Counted from the stretch's first letter, positions 1-10,368 are shown. The stretch: DNA of 32,000 bases from Methylophaga frappieri (GCF_000260965.1 NC_017856.1:1740001-1772000), one strand, 5' to 3'. Notes: generated by a model not told the origin, from the letters alone. Numbers and translations: made by a program.

Positions 1-1347
1 TGTTGCGGTAAATAAGGATAAATTTTTATCCGCGTCTTCATCGTCGGCTTGAGGTGATGCCAGCAGTTGCTCAAAATGTTCATGCACTTGTTGACGATGC
101 TCCTGCAACACCTGCAAGTACGCAGCCCAATCGGCAAACCCCATCAAACTGGCTAGCCTTTGACGATCTATCGCTTGCTTCGGTAACAGGTGCGTTTGCT
201 GATCGGCATAGGCCTGAATTCGGTGCTCACTTCGGCGTAAGAAGTCATAAGCCGTTTTCAACGCTTGCACAGCATAGTCAGACAATAATTGACGTGAAGC
301 CAGCAAATCCAAAATGATCAGAATAGGTCGTTGTTGTAAAGGTTTATCACGCCCGCCGTAAATAAGTTGAAACACCTGACCAATAAACTCAATTTCACGA
401 ATGCCACCCGCTCCCAATTTGATGTTGTCTTCCATGCCTTTGTGTTGCAACTGACTGGCAATCATGGCTTTCATTTCGCGTAGAGACTCAAACATGCCGT
501 AATCGAGATAGCGTCTGTAGACAAAGGGTCGTAATAACGCGCTAATCCCTTTTCGCTCGGCCTCCGTGCCGGTAATGGGTCTTGCTTTAATCATGGCGTA
601 GCGTTCCCACTCACGCCCTTGAGTTTGGTAGTACTCTTCCATGGCATCAAAGCTGGCCGCCAGCGCCCCACTCTCGCCAAACGGCCTTAAGCGCATATCG
701 ACGCGGAAAACAAAACCCTCCGGGGTCACATTATCCAGTGCTTGAATCAGCTTCCGGCCTAAACGGGTGAAAAATTCACCGTGGGTTAAACTACGCCTTC
801 CCCCCTGTGTTTCACCCTCGTCCTCGTAACAAAAAATAAGATCGATATCTGAAGAAAGATTTAACTCACCGGCCCCCAGCTTGCCCATTCCCAAAACAAC
901 CAACTGCTGCGGTTCGCCATCGTTATTCAGCGGCGTGCCGTCAGTAGCAGTCTGCCATTGGTACAATTTTGCCAAAGTCGCACAAATACAGGCATCAGCC
1001 AGCGCAGACAGATCCCGGGTTGTCTCCGCCAAATCCGCCCAGCCAGCCAAATCACGCCAGATAATACGTACCATTTCACGATGACGAAATTGGCGAAGCG
1101 TCTGGTGCAGGGCCGCTTCCTCTGTGACCGTATCCAGAATCACCGGCAAGCGTTGCTGCAATGTCTCGTCATCATAGATCTGACGGATATCATCACTGGC
1201 CAGAAGCGTCTTTACTTGCTCGGGTTTACGTTCCCCTTGCTGCACGACATAATCACTCCCCGCCAATACCGTCAGCGCACTGTCTGCCATCGTTGGCTGC
1301 TCAGCTAAAATATGCTGCCAATTATCAGAAAAATCACTTTGCTGCAT
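1..1347 (-). CDS. glnE: Glutamine synthetase adenylyltransferase/adenylyl-removing enzyme GlnE, N-terminal 449 codons; the 3' end lies beyond the left window edge
   Basis: Not in the ORF track because the frame runs off the edge. My translation of the minus strand from the ATG (complement of 1345-1347) is open to position 1: MQQSDFSDNWQHILAEQ... It contains GMGKLGAGELNLSSDIDLIF, FRVDMRLRPFGESG and REWERYAMIKAR, typical GlnE nucleotidyltransferase motifs. The plus-strand ORFs 54-317, 881-1084, 958-1308 and 1161-1361 are antisense artefacts. Confidence 0.9.
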   Translation of the reverse strand, partial: MQQSDFSDNWQHILAEQPTMADSALTVLAGSDYVVQQGERKPEQVKTLLASDDIRQIYDDETLQQRLPVILDTVTEEAALHQTLRQFRHREMVRIIWRDLAGWADLAETTRDLSALADACICATLAKLYQWQTATDGTPLNNDGEPQQLVVLGMGKLGAGELNLSSDIDLIFCYEDEGETQGGRRSLTHGEFFTRLGRKLIQALDNVTPEGFVFRVDMRLRPFGESGALAASFDAMEEYYQTQGREWERYAMIKARPITGTEAERKGISALLRPFVYRRYLDYGMFESLREMKAMIASQLQHKGMEDNIKLGAGGIREIEFIGQVFQLIYGGRDKPLQQRPILIILDLLASRQLLSDYAVQALKTAYDFLRRSEHRIQAYADQQTHLLPKQAIDRQRLASLMGFADWAAYLQVLQEHRQQVHEHFEQLLASPQADDEDADKNLSLFTAT

Positions 1348-1518
1348 TACTACCTCTTTAACTAAACACGCTGATTTTGGCCTATTGGCAAACGTTTTTC
1401 TAAACTACCAGAAGCCTGAAATATTGGCGAAAACTCTCTCTTAAAGATAATGAAAAATTGCCCTTTTGTGTTCATGATTAACGTCGTACCATCACAATAA
1501 AATACAAGAGACACTGTC

Positions 1519-2139
1519 ATGTCAGAGAAACAAATTTTACATAGCCACTATCAACCGCAATGTCTTTCCGATCGGATTGCTCTGCGCGTCGTTAAATTCA
1601 TGCGATTTTTCGCTGACGCATTTTTTTCAGGGCGCTACGGTCATCGCGCCGTAGTTCTTGAAACGGTAGCAGCGGTACCGGGAATGGTTGGTGGGGCACT
1701 GCAACATTTACGTTCTCTTAGACGCATGCAGGATGATGAGGGCTGGATTCGCACGCTGCTTGATGAAGCGGAAAATGAGCGCATGCACTTAATGACATTC
1801 ATTCACATCGCTAAACCAAGTTGGCTGGAGCGATTAATCATCATTATTGCCCAAGGCGTTTTTTACAATTTGTTTTTTCTGCTGTACCTGTTTTCTTCCA
1901 AGGTTGCCCACCGCATCGTTGGCTATCTCGAAGAAGAAGCGGTGTACAGCTATACCGAGTACCTCAATGGCGTCGATGATGGCACCTACGACAACATTCC
2001 TGCACCACAAATTGCTATCGATTATTGGCAATTGCCAGATAATGCACGGTTACGTGATGTCATCCTGAAAGTCAGGGACGATGAGGCCGGTCACCGGGAC
2101 GTCAATCATAATTTTGCGAACACCTTGCAAAATCAGTGA
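1519..2139 (+). CDS. aox: Alternative oxidase (cyanide-insensitive ubiquinol oxidase, membrane di-iron carboxylate protein)
   Basis: 206 aa with all four AOX iron-ligand motifs: [26 protein letters not shown] and [18 protein letters not shown] lies about 9 nt upstream of the ATG. Confidence 0.9.
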   Translation: MSEKQILHSHYQPQCLSDRIALRVVKFMRFFADAFFSGRYGHRAVVLETVAAVPGMVGGALQHLRSLRRMQDDEGWIRTLLDEAENERMHLMTFIHIAKPSWLERLIIIIAQGVFYNLFFLLYLFSSKVAHRIVGYLEEEAVYSYTEYLNGVDDGTYDNIPAPQIAIDYWQLPDNARLRDVILKVRDDEAGHRDVNHNFANTLQNQ

Positions 2140-2197
2140 CAATATAGCCTTTGCTATACCGACAAATTGTTAACCCGCTATTATACAAGGAAGAAAA

Positions 2198-2560
2198 ATG
2201 GCGACGCTGTTGTTTCATCTAAACAATGTACCGGAAGATGAAGCCGACGATGTTCGGCAATTACTGACCGACAAAAACCTCGATTTTTATGAGACCCATG
2301 CGGGTTTTTTTGGCTTAGGTGTCGCCGCAATTTGGTTACACAACGATGAACAATTGCCCGTTGCCCGTGCCATAATTGATGAATATCAGGCCCAGCGTGC
2401 GGTAATACAACGTGAACACTACGACACGCTGCGCGCTAATGGCGAAATACCGGGGTTTGGCGGTTTTATTTTGCAGCATCCGTTTCGCTTTTCCATCATC
2501 CTCGTGTTAATTCTCTTTGTCCTGACCCTGACCTTAATGCCCTTTTGGCAAGGCTTGTAA
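2198..2560 (+). CDS. Small conserved hypothetical protein with a C-terminal transmembrane helix (resembles DUF6164-type proteins)
   Basis: 120 aa with a strong SD (AAGGAAG) 4 nt upstream of the ATG. It has an acidic soluble N-terminal part and a hydrophobic tail, FRFSIILVLILFVLTLTLMPFW. It lies 58 nt downstream of aox on the same strand. The family name is from memory only. Confidence 0.6.
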   Translation: MATLLFHLNNVPEDEADDVRQLLTDKNLDFYETHAGFFGLGVAAIWLHNDEQLPVARAIIDEYQAQRAVIQREHYDTLRANGEIPGFGGFILQHPFRFSIILVLILFVLTLTLMPFWQGL

Positions 2561-2975
2561 CTGATTACAGGGCCCGGTTTAATCCGCAAGCATTGCTCAT
2601 CACAAAGATCTTGGATAAGGCCTCGCCGTAACACTCTACGGCAAGATGTCATTCACCTGCTGGCAGGCTCAGGGACAGCCAAAAGTGCTTTTGCATTGGT
2701 TTCAGATCAGCTTGCACATCGTACTTGGGTCAGAGAATACATCGAGGAAACGCTAGCCCGGCACAGCAATGGCCTCTTTTAGCCGTGCCATTAAATCCTG
2801 AACAGACTGTTACTTTGAATTCGGACTGTCTGCCAAGCCAAATTAACCGTGACTTTTTCAATATCCAGTGACCTGTTAACGCCTTTTACACCCTAATAGC
2901 GCAGGACGCACAACGCAATGTATCCCGCTAATCGGGATGGTGGCTAATTCTGACCTACGTGCTTTGTTGTTTAGG

Positions 2976-3016
2976 CAATAAAAAAGCCCCGACATGCTCA
3001 TGCCGGGGCTTTTTGG
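2976..3016. terminator. Bidirectional rho-independent terminator downstream of groEL
   Basis: AGCCCCG (2985-2991) pairs with CGGGGCT (3004-3010). The hairpin is flanked by an A-run on the left (a T-run on the minus strand) and TTTTT on the right. It lies 32 nt past the groEL stop. Confidence 0.75.
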
Positions 3017-3047
3017 GAAGGCAAAAATTAAACTTGAGTTTAATTTT

Positions 3048-4691
<1,644 letters not shown>

Positions 4692-4742
4692 TTAATGCTT
4701 TAATTAACGTGATTAACGATGTGGCGTTCGTAAAAATTCAGC

Positions 4743-5033
4743 TTAAGCTTCAATGACCGCGACGATATCGTCTTCGCGCATGACCAGCAGCTCTTCGCCT
4801 TCAACTTTGACTTCCGTGCCGGAATATTTGCCAAACAGCACTTTATCGCCAACTTTTACAGCCAATGGGCGAATATCGCCAGAATCAGTGACTTTGCCAT
4901 TGCCCGCAGCGATCACTTCACCACGTGACGGTTTTTCCGTTGCGTTATCAGGGATGACAATCCCACCAGCGGTGGTGGTCTCTTCTTCCATGCGACGCAC
5001 AATCACACGATCATGAAGGGGACGAAGATTCAT
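4743..5033 (-). CDS. groES: Co-chaperonin GroES (Hsp10)
   Basis: 96 aa: [46 protein letters not shown]... SD GGAGGA. It lies 63 nt upstream of groEL. Confidence 0.99.
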   Translation of the reverse strand: MNLRPLHDRVIVRRMEEETTTAGGIVIPDNATEKPSRGEVIAAGNGKVTDSGDIRPLAVKVGDKVLFGKYSGTEVKVEGEELLVMREDDIVAVIEA

Positions 5034-5086
5034 CAGTTATATCCTCCAGTAAAAAAATTAACAGACAAGTTGTTTAAGAACCCCTT

Positions 5087-5114
5087 AAATGGGGCTGTTG
5101 AATCAGAGTTCAAG
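5087..5114 (-). promoter_or_regulatory. Sigma-32 (RpoH) heat-shock promoter of groES-groEL
   Basis: The minus strand reads CTTGAA (complement of 5109-5114), a 14-nt spacer, then CCCCATTT (complement of 5087-5094). This matches the consensus CTTGAA-N13-15-CCCCATnT. The -10 element is 54 nt upstream of the groES ATG. Confidence 0.65.
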
Positions 5115-5144
5115 AGAGAAACGAAAAAAAATTTACCGCAGCCA

Positions 5145-5594
5145 TTAACGTCGAAAATGGGACTCATCATCGTCAATGACCTCCCCCTCGATAATGTTAT
5201 CCTGCGAGGTTGGTCGCCTAGTGGTATGTTGCCGAAAAACCATGGTGCTCCTGTCCACCAAAGGCAATAACAGTTTTTGCCGCAATGCAGGTACCAGCAG
5301 CAAAAAACCCAGCGCATCAGTGACAAACCCGGGTATCAATAATAAGAAACCGCTGACTAACAAGGTTGCTCCTTCCAGCATTTCCAGTGCAGGTGGCTGC
5401 CCTTGTTGCAGCGCATTTTGTGCTCGATACCAAGTCTGAATACCTTGAAGTTTAACCAAGTAAGCGCCGAAAATGGCTGTGCCTAATACCAGCATGATCG
5501 TCCAAGCAGCCCCAATCATCTCACCCACCTCAATCAGAACAAATAGCTCTATCAGGGGCACCAGCAAGAAAAGTAAAATTAATCCCCGAAACAT
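5145..5594 (-). CDS. fxsA: FxsA family inner-membrane protein
   Basis: MFRGLILLFLLVPLIELFVLIEVG... and LLLIPGFVTDALGFLLLVP match the FxsA pattern, with a charged C-terminal tail. The ORF track opens at 5609 (MEGMRMF...). I prefer the third ATG at 5594 because GGAAGGA sits 7 nt upstream of it. The start is uncertain by up to 15 nt. Confidence 0.8.
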   Translation of the reverse strand: MFRGLILLFLLVPLIELFVLIEVGEMIGAAWTIMLVLGTAIFGAYLVKLQGIQTWYRAQNALQQGQPPALEMLEGATLLVSGFLLLIPGFVTDALGFLLLVPALRQKLLLPLVDRSTMVFRQHTTRRPTSQDNIIEGEVIDDDESHFRR

Positions 5595-5704
5595 GCGCAT
5601 TCCTTCCATTTTATCTAAGCGTTTATGAATAGATTGGGGTATCTGGCCTTAATATCAAGCGTGTCGCTGTCGCTTAAAAACCACAAAAAAGCATTTTTGT
5701 TGCG

Positions 5705-5722
5705 CTGTCATATAACTGTCAT
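5705..5722 (+). promoter_or_regulatory. Pho box (PhoB binding site) upstream of the porin gene
   Basis: CTGTCAT-ATAA-CTGTCAT is a perfect pair of 7-bp direct repeats with a 4-bp AT spacer, exactly the E. coli-type Pho box architecture. It lies 99 nt upstream of the porin start. Confidence 0.7.
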
Positions 5723-5820
5723 GGTTTTTTCATCACGCTGAAACATTGCGGACTTATCGTGTGCGGGTCTCCGGCTTACGGGGCCGAACGTATGTTTTGT
5801 CAAACTAAGAGGACAGTCCC

Positions 5821-7203
5821 TTGAAATTAAAAACATCTGCAATGCTTATCGCGGGTGCGTTACTCGGCGCAGCCACTTTGCCTGCTCAGGCGAACAACGA
5901 AGCCATGCTGGATTTATTAAAAGTCCTGCGTGATAAGGGCACGATCAGTGCCAACGATTACGACATGCTGAAAAATGCTGCTGCCGCCGACAAAGAAATG
6001 GCAGAAGCTGAAAAAGCAGAAATGAAAAAAGAAGTCGAAGAAGCAACAGCAAACATGCCTGAAATCACAACTGACGGAAAATTGGTTGTTGCTGACAAAA
6101 AAGGCAACTGGGAATTCCAACCCATTGGCCGTGTCATGTGGGATGCACTCTCTGTTGATAATGATGGCCTGTATGATGGCACAGGTATCGGCGATAACGA
6201 AGGTCGCGGGACAGAATTACGTCGTGCCCGTCTTGGTTTTCAAGGCAGCATTTACGACTGGAGCTACAAATTCGAAGCTGACTTCGCTGGCGGCGATGCC
6301 TCTATCAAAGATGCCTATGTTGGTTATGGCAATAACTTGAGCGACAACATCAAATGGGGCGTTAAGCTCGGTCAGTCTCACATTGCATTCGGTTACAACA
6401 CGAAAGCCAGTTCTAAATACATGAGCTTCATTGATCGCCCTTTTTATGCTGATTCAGCTTTGTCACCGGCACGTGAAAGTGGTGCAGTATTCCAAATCAA
6501 TGATAAAGATTACCGCTGGTTGTTAGCGACATCTTTCACGAGTGGTGCAATCGACGCGGGTGAAACAGATGTCGATGATGCAGACACTTGGGCGATTCGT
6601 GGTTCATTTGTTCCCTTTATGCAAGACAGCAAACACTTGTTACAAATTGGTGCAGGTTATTTGAACCGTGGTAATGGTGATGGCACCTTCCGCTATCGCC
6701 AACGCGCTGTCAGCCACATTACTTCTGAGCGTCCAATTGATACGTCAGTTGCTGGCTACGATGGCTCAACGGCATTTACTGCGGATGTATTAGGTATCTA
6801 TGGTCCGTTCCACGCATTGGCAGAATACGTTGACTACAGTGCTGAAAGCAATGTGAACTCAGACCAGGATTTTACTGGTTACTCAGTTGAAGCGGGTTAT
6901 TTCTTGACTGGTGAGTCTTACAAATGGAAAAAAGGTTACAACTCTGGCGTTTCACCTAAGTCACCATGGGGTGCATGGCAGCTAGTTGCTCGCTTTGAGA
7001 ACATCGAAACGGAAGGGGTAATCGGTGGTAGCGTTCAAACTGAAGACGAAGCAGACAAATTTACATTTGGTATCAACTATATTCCACGTAAAAACCTGCG
7101 TCTGATGCTTAACTACGACAAAATCACCGACCTGACCGTCAATGGTGTGGATACAGATGCTGAACCTTCAGCACTGAAATTCCGCGCACAGGCTTTCTGG
7201 TAG
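5821..7203 (+). CDS. Phosphate-selective porin O/P family outer-membrane protein
   Basis: 460 aa with a TTG start and AGAGGA 8 nt upstream. Signal peptide MKLKTSAMLIAGALLGAATLPAQA. TELRRARLGFQGSIYDWSYKFEADFAGGDASIKDAYVGY is typical of OprO/OprP. The C-terminus FRAQAFW ends in an aromatic residue. The Pho box upstream supports phosphate-starvation control. Confidence 0.85.
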   Translation: MKLKTSAMLIAGALLGAATLPAQANNEAMLDLLKVLRDKGTISANDYDMLKNAAAADKEMAEAEKAEMKKEVEEATANMPEITTDGKLVVADKKGNWEFQPIGRVMWDALSVDNDGLYDGTGIGDNEGRGTELRRARLGFQGSIYDWSYKFEADFAGGDASIKDAYVGYGNNLSDNIKWGVKLGQSHIAFGYNTKASSKYMSFIDRPFYADSALSPARESGAVFQINDKDYRWLLATSFTSGAIDAGETDVDDADTWAIRGSFVPFMQDSKHLLQIGAGYLNRGNGDGTFRYRQRAVSHITSERPIDTSVAGYDGSTAFTADVLGIYGPFHALAEYVDYSAESNVNSDQDFTGYSVEAGYFLTGESYKWKKGYNSGVSPKSPWGAWQLVARFENIETEGVIGGSVQTEDEADKFTFGINYIPRKNLRLMLNYDKITDLTVNGVDTDAEPSALKFRAQAFW

Positions 7204-7220
7204 GCCGATATGCAGAATCA

Positions 7221-7251
7221 AGCCCTACCCATTTGGGTGGGGCTTTTTTTT
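7221..7251 (+). terminator. Rho-independent terminator after the porin gene
   Basis: AGCCCTACCCA (7221-7231) pairs with TGGGTGGGGCT (7234-7244), with one G-T wobble, and is followed by T8. Confidence 0.8.
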
Positions 7252-7270
7252 GTTTAGCTGAGATGATCAC

Positions 7271-9100
7271 GTGACCAAAGAAGAACTACTGCAATTTCAG
7301 TCATTAGAAGATATTCTGGCAAATGCAGCCCTAACGCCCATTTTTCAGCCGATTGTGTCACTTAAGGAACATCAGATTTACGGTTACGAGGCGCTAATTC
7401 GTGGCCCCTCAAATAGTTTATTACACTCTCCGATTAATTTATTTGACGCTGCCAGCCGCCATGGCCGTCTAGCTGAATTAGATTTGCTATGCCGAGAACT
7501 GGCTATTGCTAAGTTTGGCGAACTCGGTCTGACCAGCAAACTTTTTATTAACACCATTCCTGCCGCCTTGTTGCAACCGGACTATCCGCATGGACTAACC
7601 CTGCAGTTTTTAAAAAAAGCGGGGCTGTCTGCCCATCATGTCGTTATTGAACTGACGGAGCAATATCCTATTGATGATTACGATGTGATGCGTGAAGCCA
7701 CCGCACATTATCGTGATATGGGGTTTTCTATTGCCATTGATGATCTCGGTGCTGGCTACTCCGGCTTACGTACTTGGTCAGAAATAAAGCCTGACTATGT
7801 CAAACTTGATCGGCACTTTATTCAGAATATTCACGAAGATCGGCAAAAGCGTCAGTTTGTGCAATCGATCATTGATATCGCACAAGGTATCAACTGCAAG
7901 ATTATTGGTGAAGGCGTCGAAGTGCGAGAAGAATATCTCGCGGCACAGACCATGGAAATTCAATTTGCTCAAGGCTACTATTTTGCGCGTCCGAACGCGA
8001 TTCCCAAGCAAGAGTTGGATGCCAACTTATTTGCACAGCGGCAAACGCCCAACCTGCTCAACACCGGAAAGCCCCGAGCAAATACCTTAGTGAGCAGTCT
8101 GTTAACCCCATTGACGCCAGTTCGGATTTACCATGATGTCAATTCTGTTGGTGAGCGCTTTCAGCATGCCGTGCAATTAGCCGCTCTGCCCGTTATCAAC
8201 GATGATAACTCCATTGCCGGCATGGTCTGGCGTGATGAATTTATGACCTTATATGCCAGCCGCTATGGCCGTGATTTGCATGGACGTAAACCGATTCATC
8301 AATTCATGGATCGCAGCCCAATTATCGCCGAAACTGCGCTGCCACTAAAAACGTTATCCCAACAGATCACAAGCCAGGATTCAACGCAGCAACACAGCAT
8401 GTTTATTATCACTGAACATGGCTATTACCGCGGTATTGGCAGCCTGATGGATTTGTTGAGACAAATTACCGATATGCAGTTGACCATAGCCCGCTATGCC
8501 AACCCTTTGAGTGGTTTACCAGGCAACGTTCCTCTGACCGAACACTTGTGTGATGCCATTGCCGAGCAACGTGACGTCACTGTCTGTTATTTTGATTTGG
8601 ATAACTTTAAACCTTATAACGATACCTATGGCTTTGGTAAAGGCGACAAAGTAATTAGTCAGACAGCGCGTCTACTAAGTGAGAATCTGGATCCTGAAAT
8701 CGACTTTTTAGGTCATGTTGGCGGAGATGATTTCATCATTGCATTTGAAAGTCATGACTGGCGATCACGATGTCAGCTTATTTTTGATGCCTTTAATACC
8801 CTGCATACCGATTTGTATCAGCCCCAACATTTGCAGCAGCAAGGTCTCTATGCAACCGATCGCAATGGCAAACCCGTTTTTTATCCGCTACTGAGCCTGT
8901 CCGTAGGTGCCGTCAAACTTATATTATTTAACGATATTCTGAATGAAGTCGATCTAGCAGAACACGCCAGTAAAGCAAAGTCCGCGGCAAAGAAAATTGC
9001 CGGCCATAGTCTGTATGAATTGTATCCGGCAAATCGTGATCTCGATTTACCGGGCGCTTCAACGGCTGTTAACGACCGCCTTGGCCCGCAATTCGGATAA
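7271..9100 (+). CDS. c-di-GMP signalling protein: N-terminal EAL phosphodiesterase, CBS pair, C-terminal degenerate GGDEF domain (GGDDF)
   Basis: 609 aa with a GTG start. EAL motifs: YEALIRG (EAL at 7388-7396), ELTE, DDLGAGYSG, KLD, EGVE, QGYYFARP. The middle region (about aa 275-405) looks like a CBS pair. The C-terminal part has NPLSGLPGN, FDLDNFKPYNDTYGFGKGD and HVGGDDFIIAF (GGDDF at 8720-8734). Confidence 0.85.
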   Translation: MTKEELLQFQSLEDILANAALTPIFQPIVSLKEHQIYGYEALIRGPSNSLLHSPINLFDAASRHGRLAELDLLCRELAIAKFGELGLTSKLFINTIPAALLQPDYPHGLTLQFLKKAGLSAHHVVIELTEQYPIDDYDVMREATAHYRDMGFSIAIDDLGAGYSGLRTWSEIKPDYVKLDRHFIQNIHEDRQKRQFVQSIIDIAQGINCKIIGEGVEVREEYLAAQTMEIQFAQGYYFARPNAIPKQELDANLFAQRQTPNLLNTGKPRANTLVSSLLTPLTPVRIYHDVNSVGERFQHAVQLAALPVINDDNSIAGMVWRDEFMTLYASRYGRDLHGRKPIHQFMDRSPIIAETALPLKTLSQQITSQDSTQQHSMFIITEHGYYRGIGSLMDLLRQITDMQLTIARYANPLSGLPGNVPLTEHLCDAIAEQRDVTVCYFDLDNFKPYNDTYGFGKGDKVISQTARLLSENLDPEIDFLGHVGGDDFIIAFESHDWRSRCQLIFDAFNTLHTDLYQPQHLQQQGLYATDRNGKPVFYPLLSLSVGAVKLILFNDILNEVDLAEHASKAKSAAKKIAGHSLYELYPANRDLDLPGASTAVNDRLGPQFG

Positions 9101-9502
9101 CACGTAAACCACACGCTGGCGAATTTTGTCACGCGTTTCTCGAAATGCCGCCAATTTCTCAGCCTCACTGCCGCGGTATTTCGCGGGATCGGTCAACGGT
9201 AAATGAAGTCTCGCTGTATGCGGATTCAGGACAGGACATTGTTCTTCTGCGTTATCACACAAGGTAACCAGCAAGTCGGCCCACTCCAACATTTCACCAT
9301 TGACGCGAATCGACTCTTGCGCAGAAATATCTACGCCTGCCTCAGCCATAACCTGGCGTGCCAGTAAATTTTGACCTCGTGCTTCAATTCCAGCTGAGCG
9401 AATTTCAAATTCATTCCCTGCCAGTTTTTTTGCCCAGCCCTCAGCCATCTGCGAACGACACGAATGCCCCGTACATAAGAATAAAATTCGAATCGTGTCC
9501 AT
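9059..9502 (-). CDS. arsC: Arsenate reductase, thioredoxin-coupled LMW-PTP family
   Basis: MDTIRILFLCTGHSCRSQMAEGWAK carries the CX5R P-loop. TLCDNAEEQCP carries the two downstream Cys residues of the pI258-type ArsC relay. The track ORF opens at a TTG at 9547. The ATG at 9502 fits the family N-terminus better. Confidence 0.8.
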   Translation of the reverse strand: MDTIRILFLCTGHSCRSQMAEGWAKKLAGNEFEIRSAGIEARGQNLLARQVMAEAGVDISAQESIRVNGEMLEWADLLVTLCDNAEEQCPVLNPHTARLHLPLTDPAKYRGSEAEKLAAFRETRDKIRQRVVYVLSELRAKAVVNSR

Positions 9503-9670
9503 ATCTAATTTAAGTAGCTTTATAAATTTCTGGCAGGGTATCAACAAGATATGACAGCCTGATTACTCACGGTCATTTCAAACTATTTTTTTTGCCGGAC
9601 AGGTCAAGATTTTCCCTTTGGGCATCTGTTAAAATGCAAAGTTTTGATAGTGCTGGACTCTAATGTGAAC

Positions 9671-10342
9671 ATGATTTTTCCCAGATTTTTAGTATTAATA
9701 CTGTCTCTGCTGGCTGTCGATGTCGCGCTTGCTCAGACACGCTATGTTTCTGATGAACTGGAAATCACGCTACGAAATGGACAAGGACTGGAATTTGGCA
9801 TCCGCAAAATGCTCAAGTCAGGCACACGTTTGCAGGTTTTACAAAACAACAGTGATAGTGGCTACTCACAAGTTCGTACCGCAGAGGGTGTTGAAGGCTG
9901 GGTTTTAACCCGATATTTGAGTCAAACCGGCAGCGCGCGCGACTTGCTTGCTGAAAATGAGCAAAAACTGGCTAATCTGGAACTTGAAGTCGCGAACTAC
10001 AAAACCGAGATTGAACAACTCAGTTCGCAGAATAACGAAACCGACACGCAAAACCTGTCTCTAAAAGAAACCTCACAACGATTACGCAAAGAATTGGATG
10101 ATTTACGTCGAACTGCTTCTAGCGCGGTTGCCTTGGAAAATGAAAACCGCCAGCTGAAACAAAAACTGCAGGAAATGGACAGCGAAATTCAAACCACTCA
10201 GATTGAAAATAATGCTCTTCGGGATAACAGCACGAAAAGCTGGTTTTTGATTGGTGCCGCAGTATTATTTGCTGGAATCGTGCTGGGACTGATCTTGCCG
10301 CGTCTTAGATTACGCCGTAAAAGCAGCTGGGGCAGCCTGTAA
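9671..10342 (+). CDS. YgiM-like (TIGR04211-type) protein: bacterial SH3 domain, coiled coil and C-terminal membrane anchor
   Basis: Signal peptide MIFPRFLVLILSLLAVDVALAQ. SH3-like TRYVSDELEITLRNGQGLEFGIRKMLKSGTRLQVL...EGWVLTRYL. A long coiled coil, then TM WFLIGAAVLFAGIVLGLILP and a basic tail. The track start at TTG 9644 is probably too early. Confidence 0.8.
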   Translation: MIFPRFLVLILSLLAVDVALAQTRYVSDELEITLRNGQGLEFGIRKMLKSGTRLQVLQNNSDSGYSQVRTAEGVEGWVLTRYLSQTGSARDLLAENEQKLANLELEVANYKTEIEQLSSQNNETDTQNLSLKETSQRLRKELDDLRRTASSAVALENENRQLKQKLQEMDSEIQTTQIENNALRDNSTKSWFLIGAAVLFAGIVLGLILPRLRLRRKSSWGSL

Positions 10343-10368
10343 ATTACGGCTGCCTCTGATTGGCTGGG

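Noticed and set aside
54-1361. Four plus-strand ORFs (54-317, 881-1084, 958-1308, 1161-1361) offered by the track at the left edge
   Set aside because: The minus strand carries an uninterrupted 449-codon glnE frame with clear family motifs. The plus-strand ORFs are its antisense shadows.
1386-1400. TGGCA...TTTTC resembling a sigma-54 -24/-12 promoter upstream of aox
   Set aside because: The -12 GC dinucleotide is missing at the required 10-nt spacing from the GG, so it is not a credible RpoN promoter.
5034-5144. Possible CIRCE (HrcA) operator upstream of groES
   Set aside because: There is no TTAGCACTC-N9-GAGTGCTAA-like inverted repeat. The only element present is the sigma-32 promoter. The small CCCC...GGGG palindrome is simply part of the -10 box.
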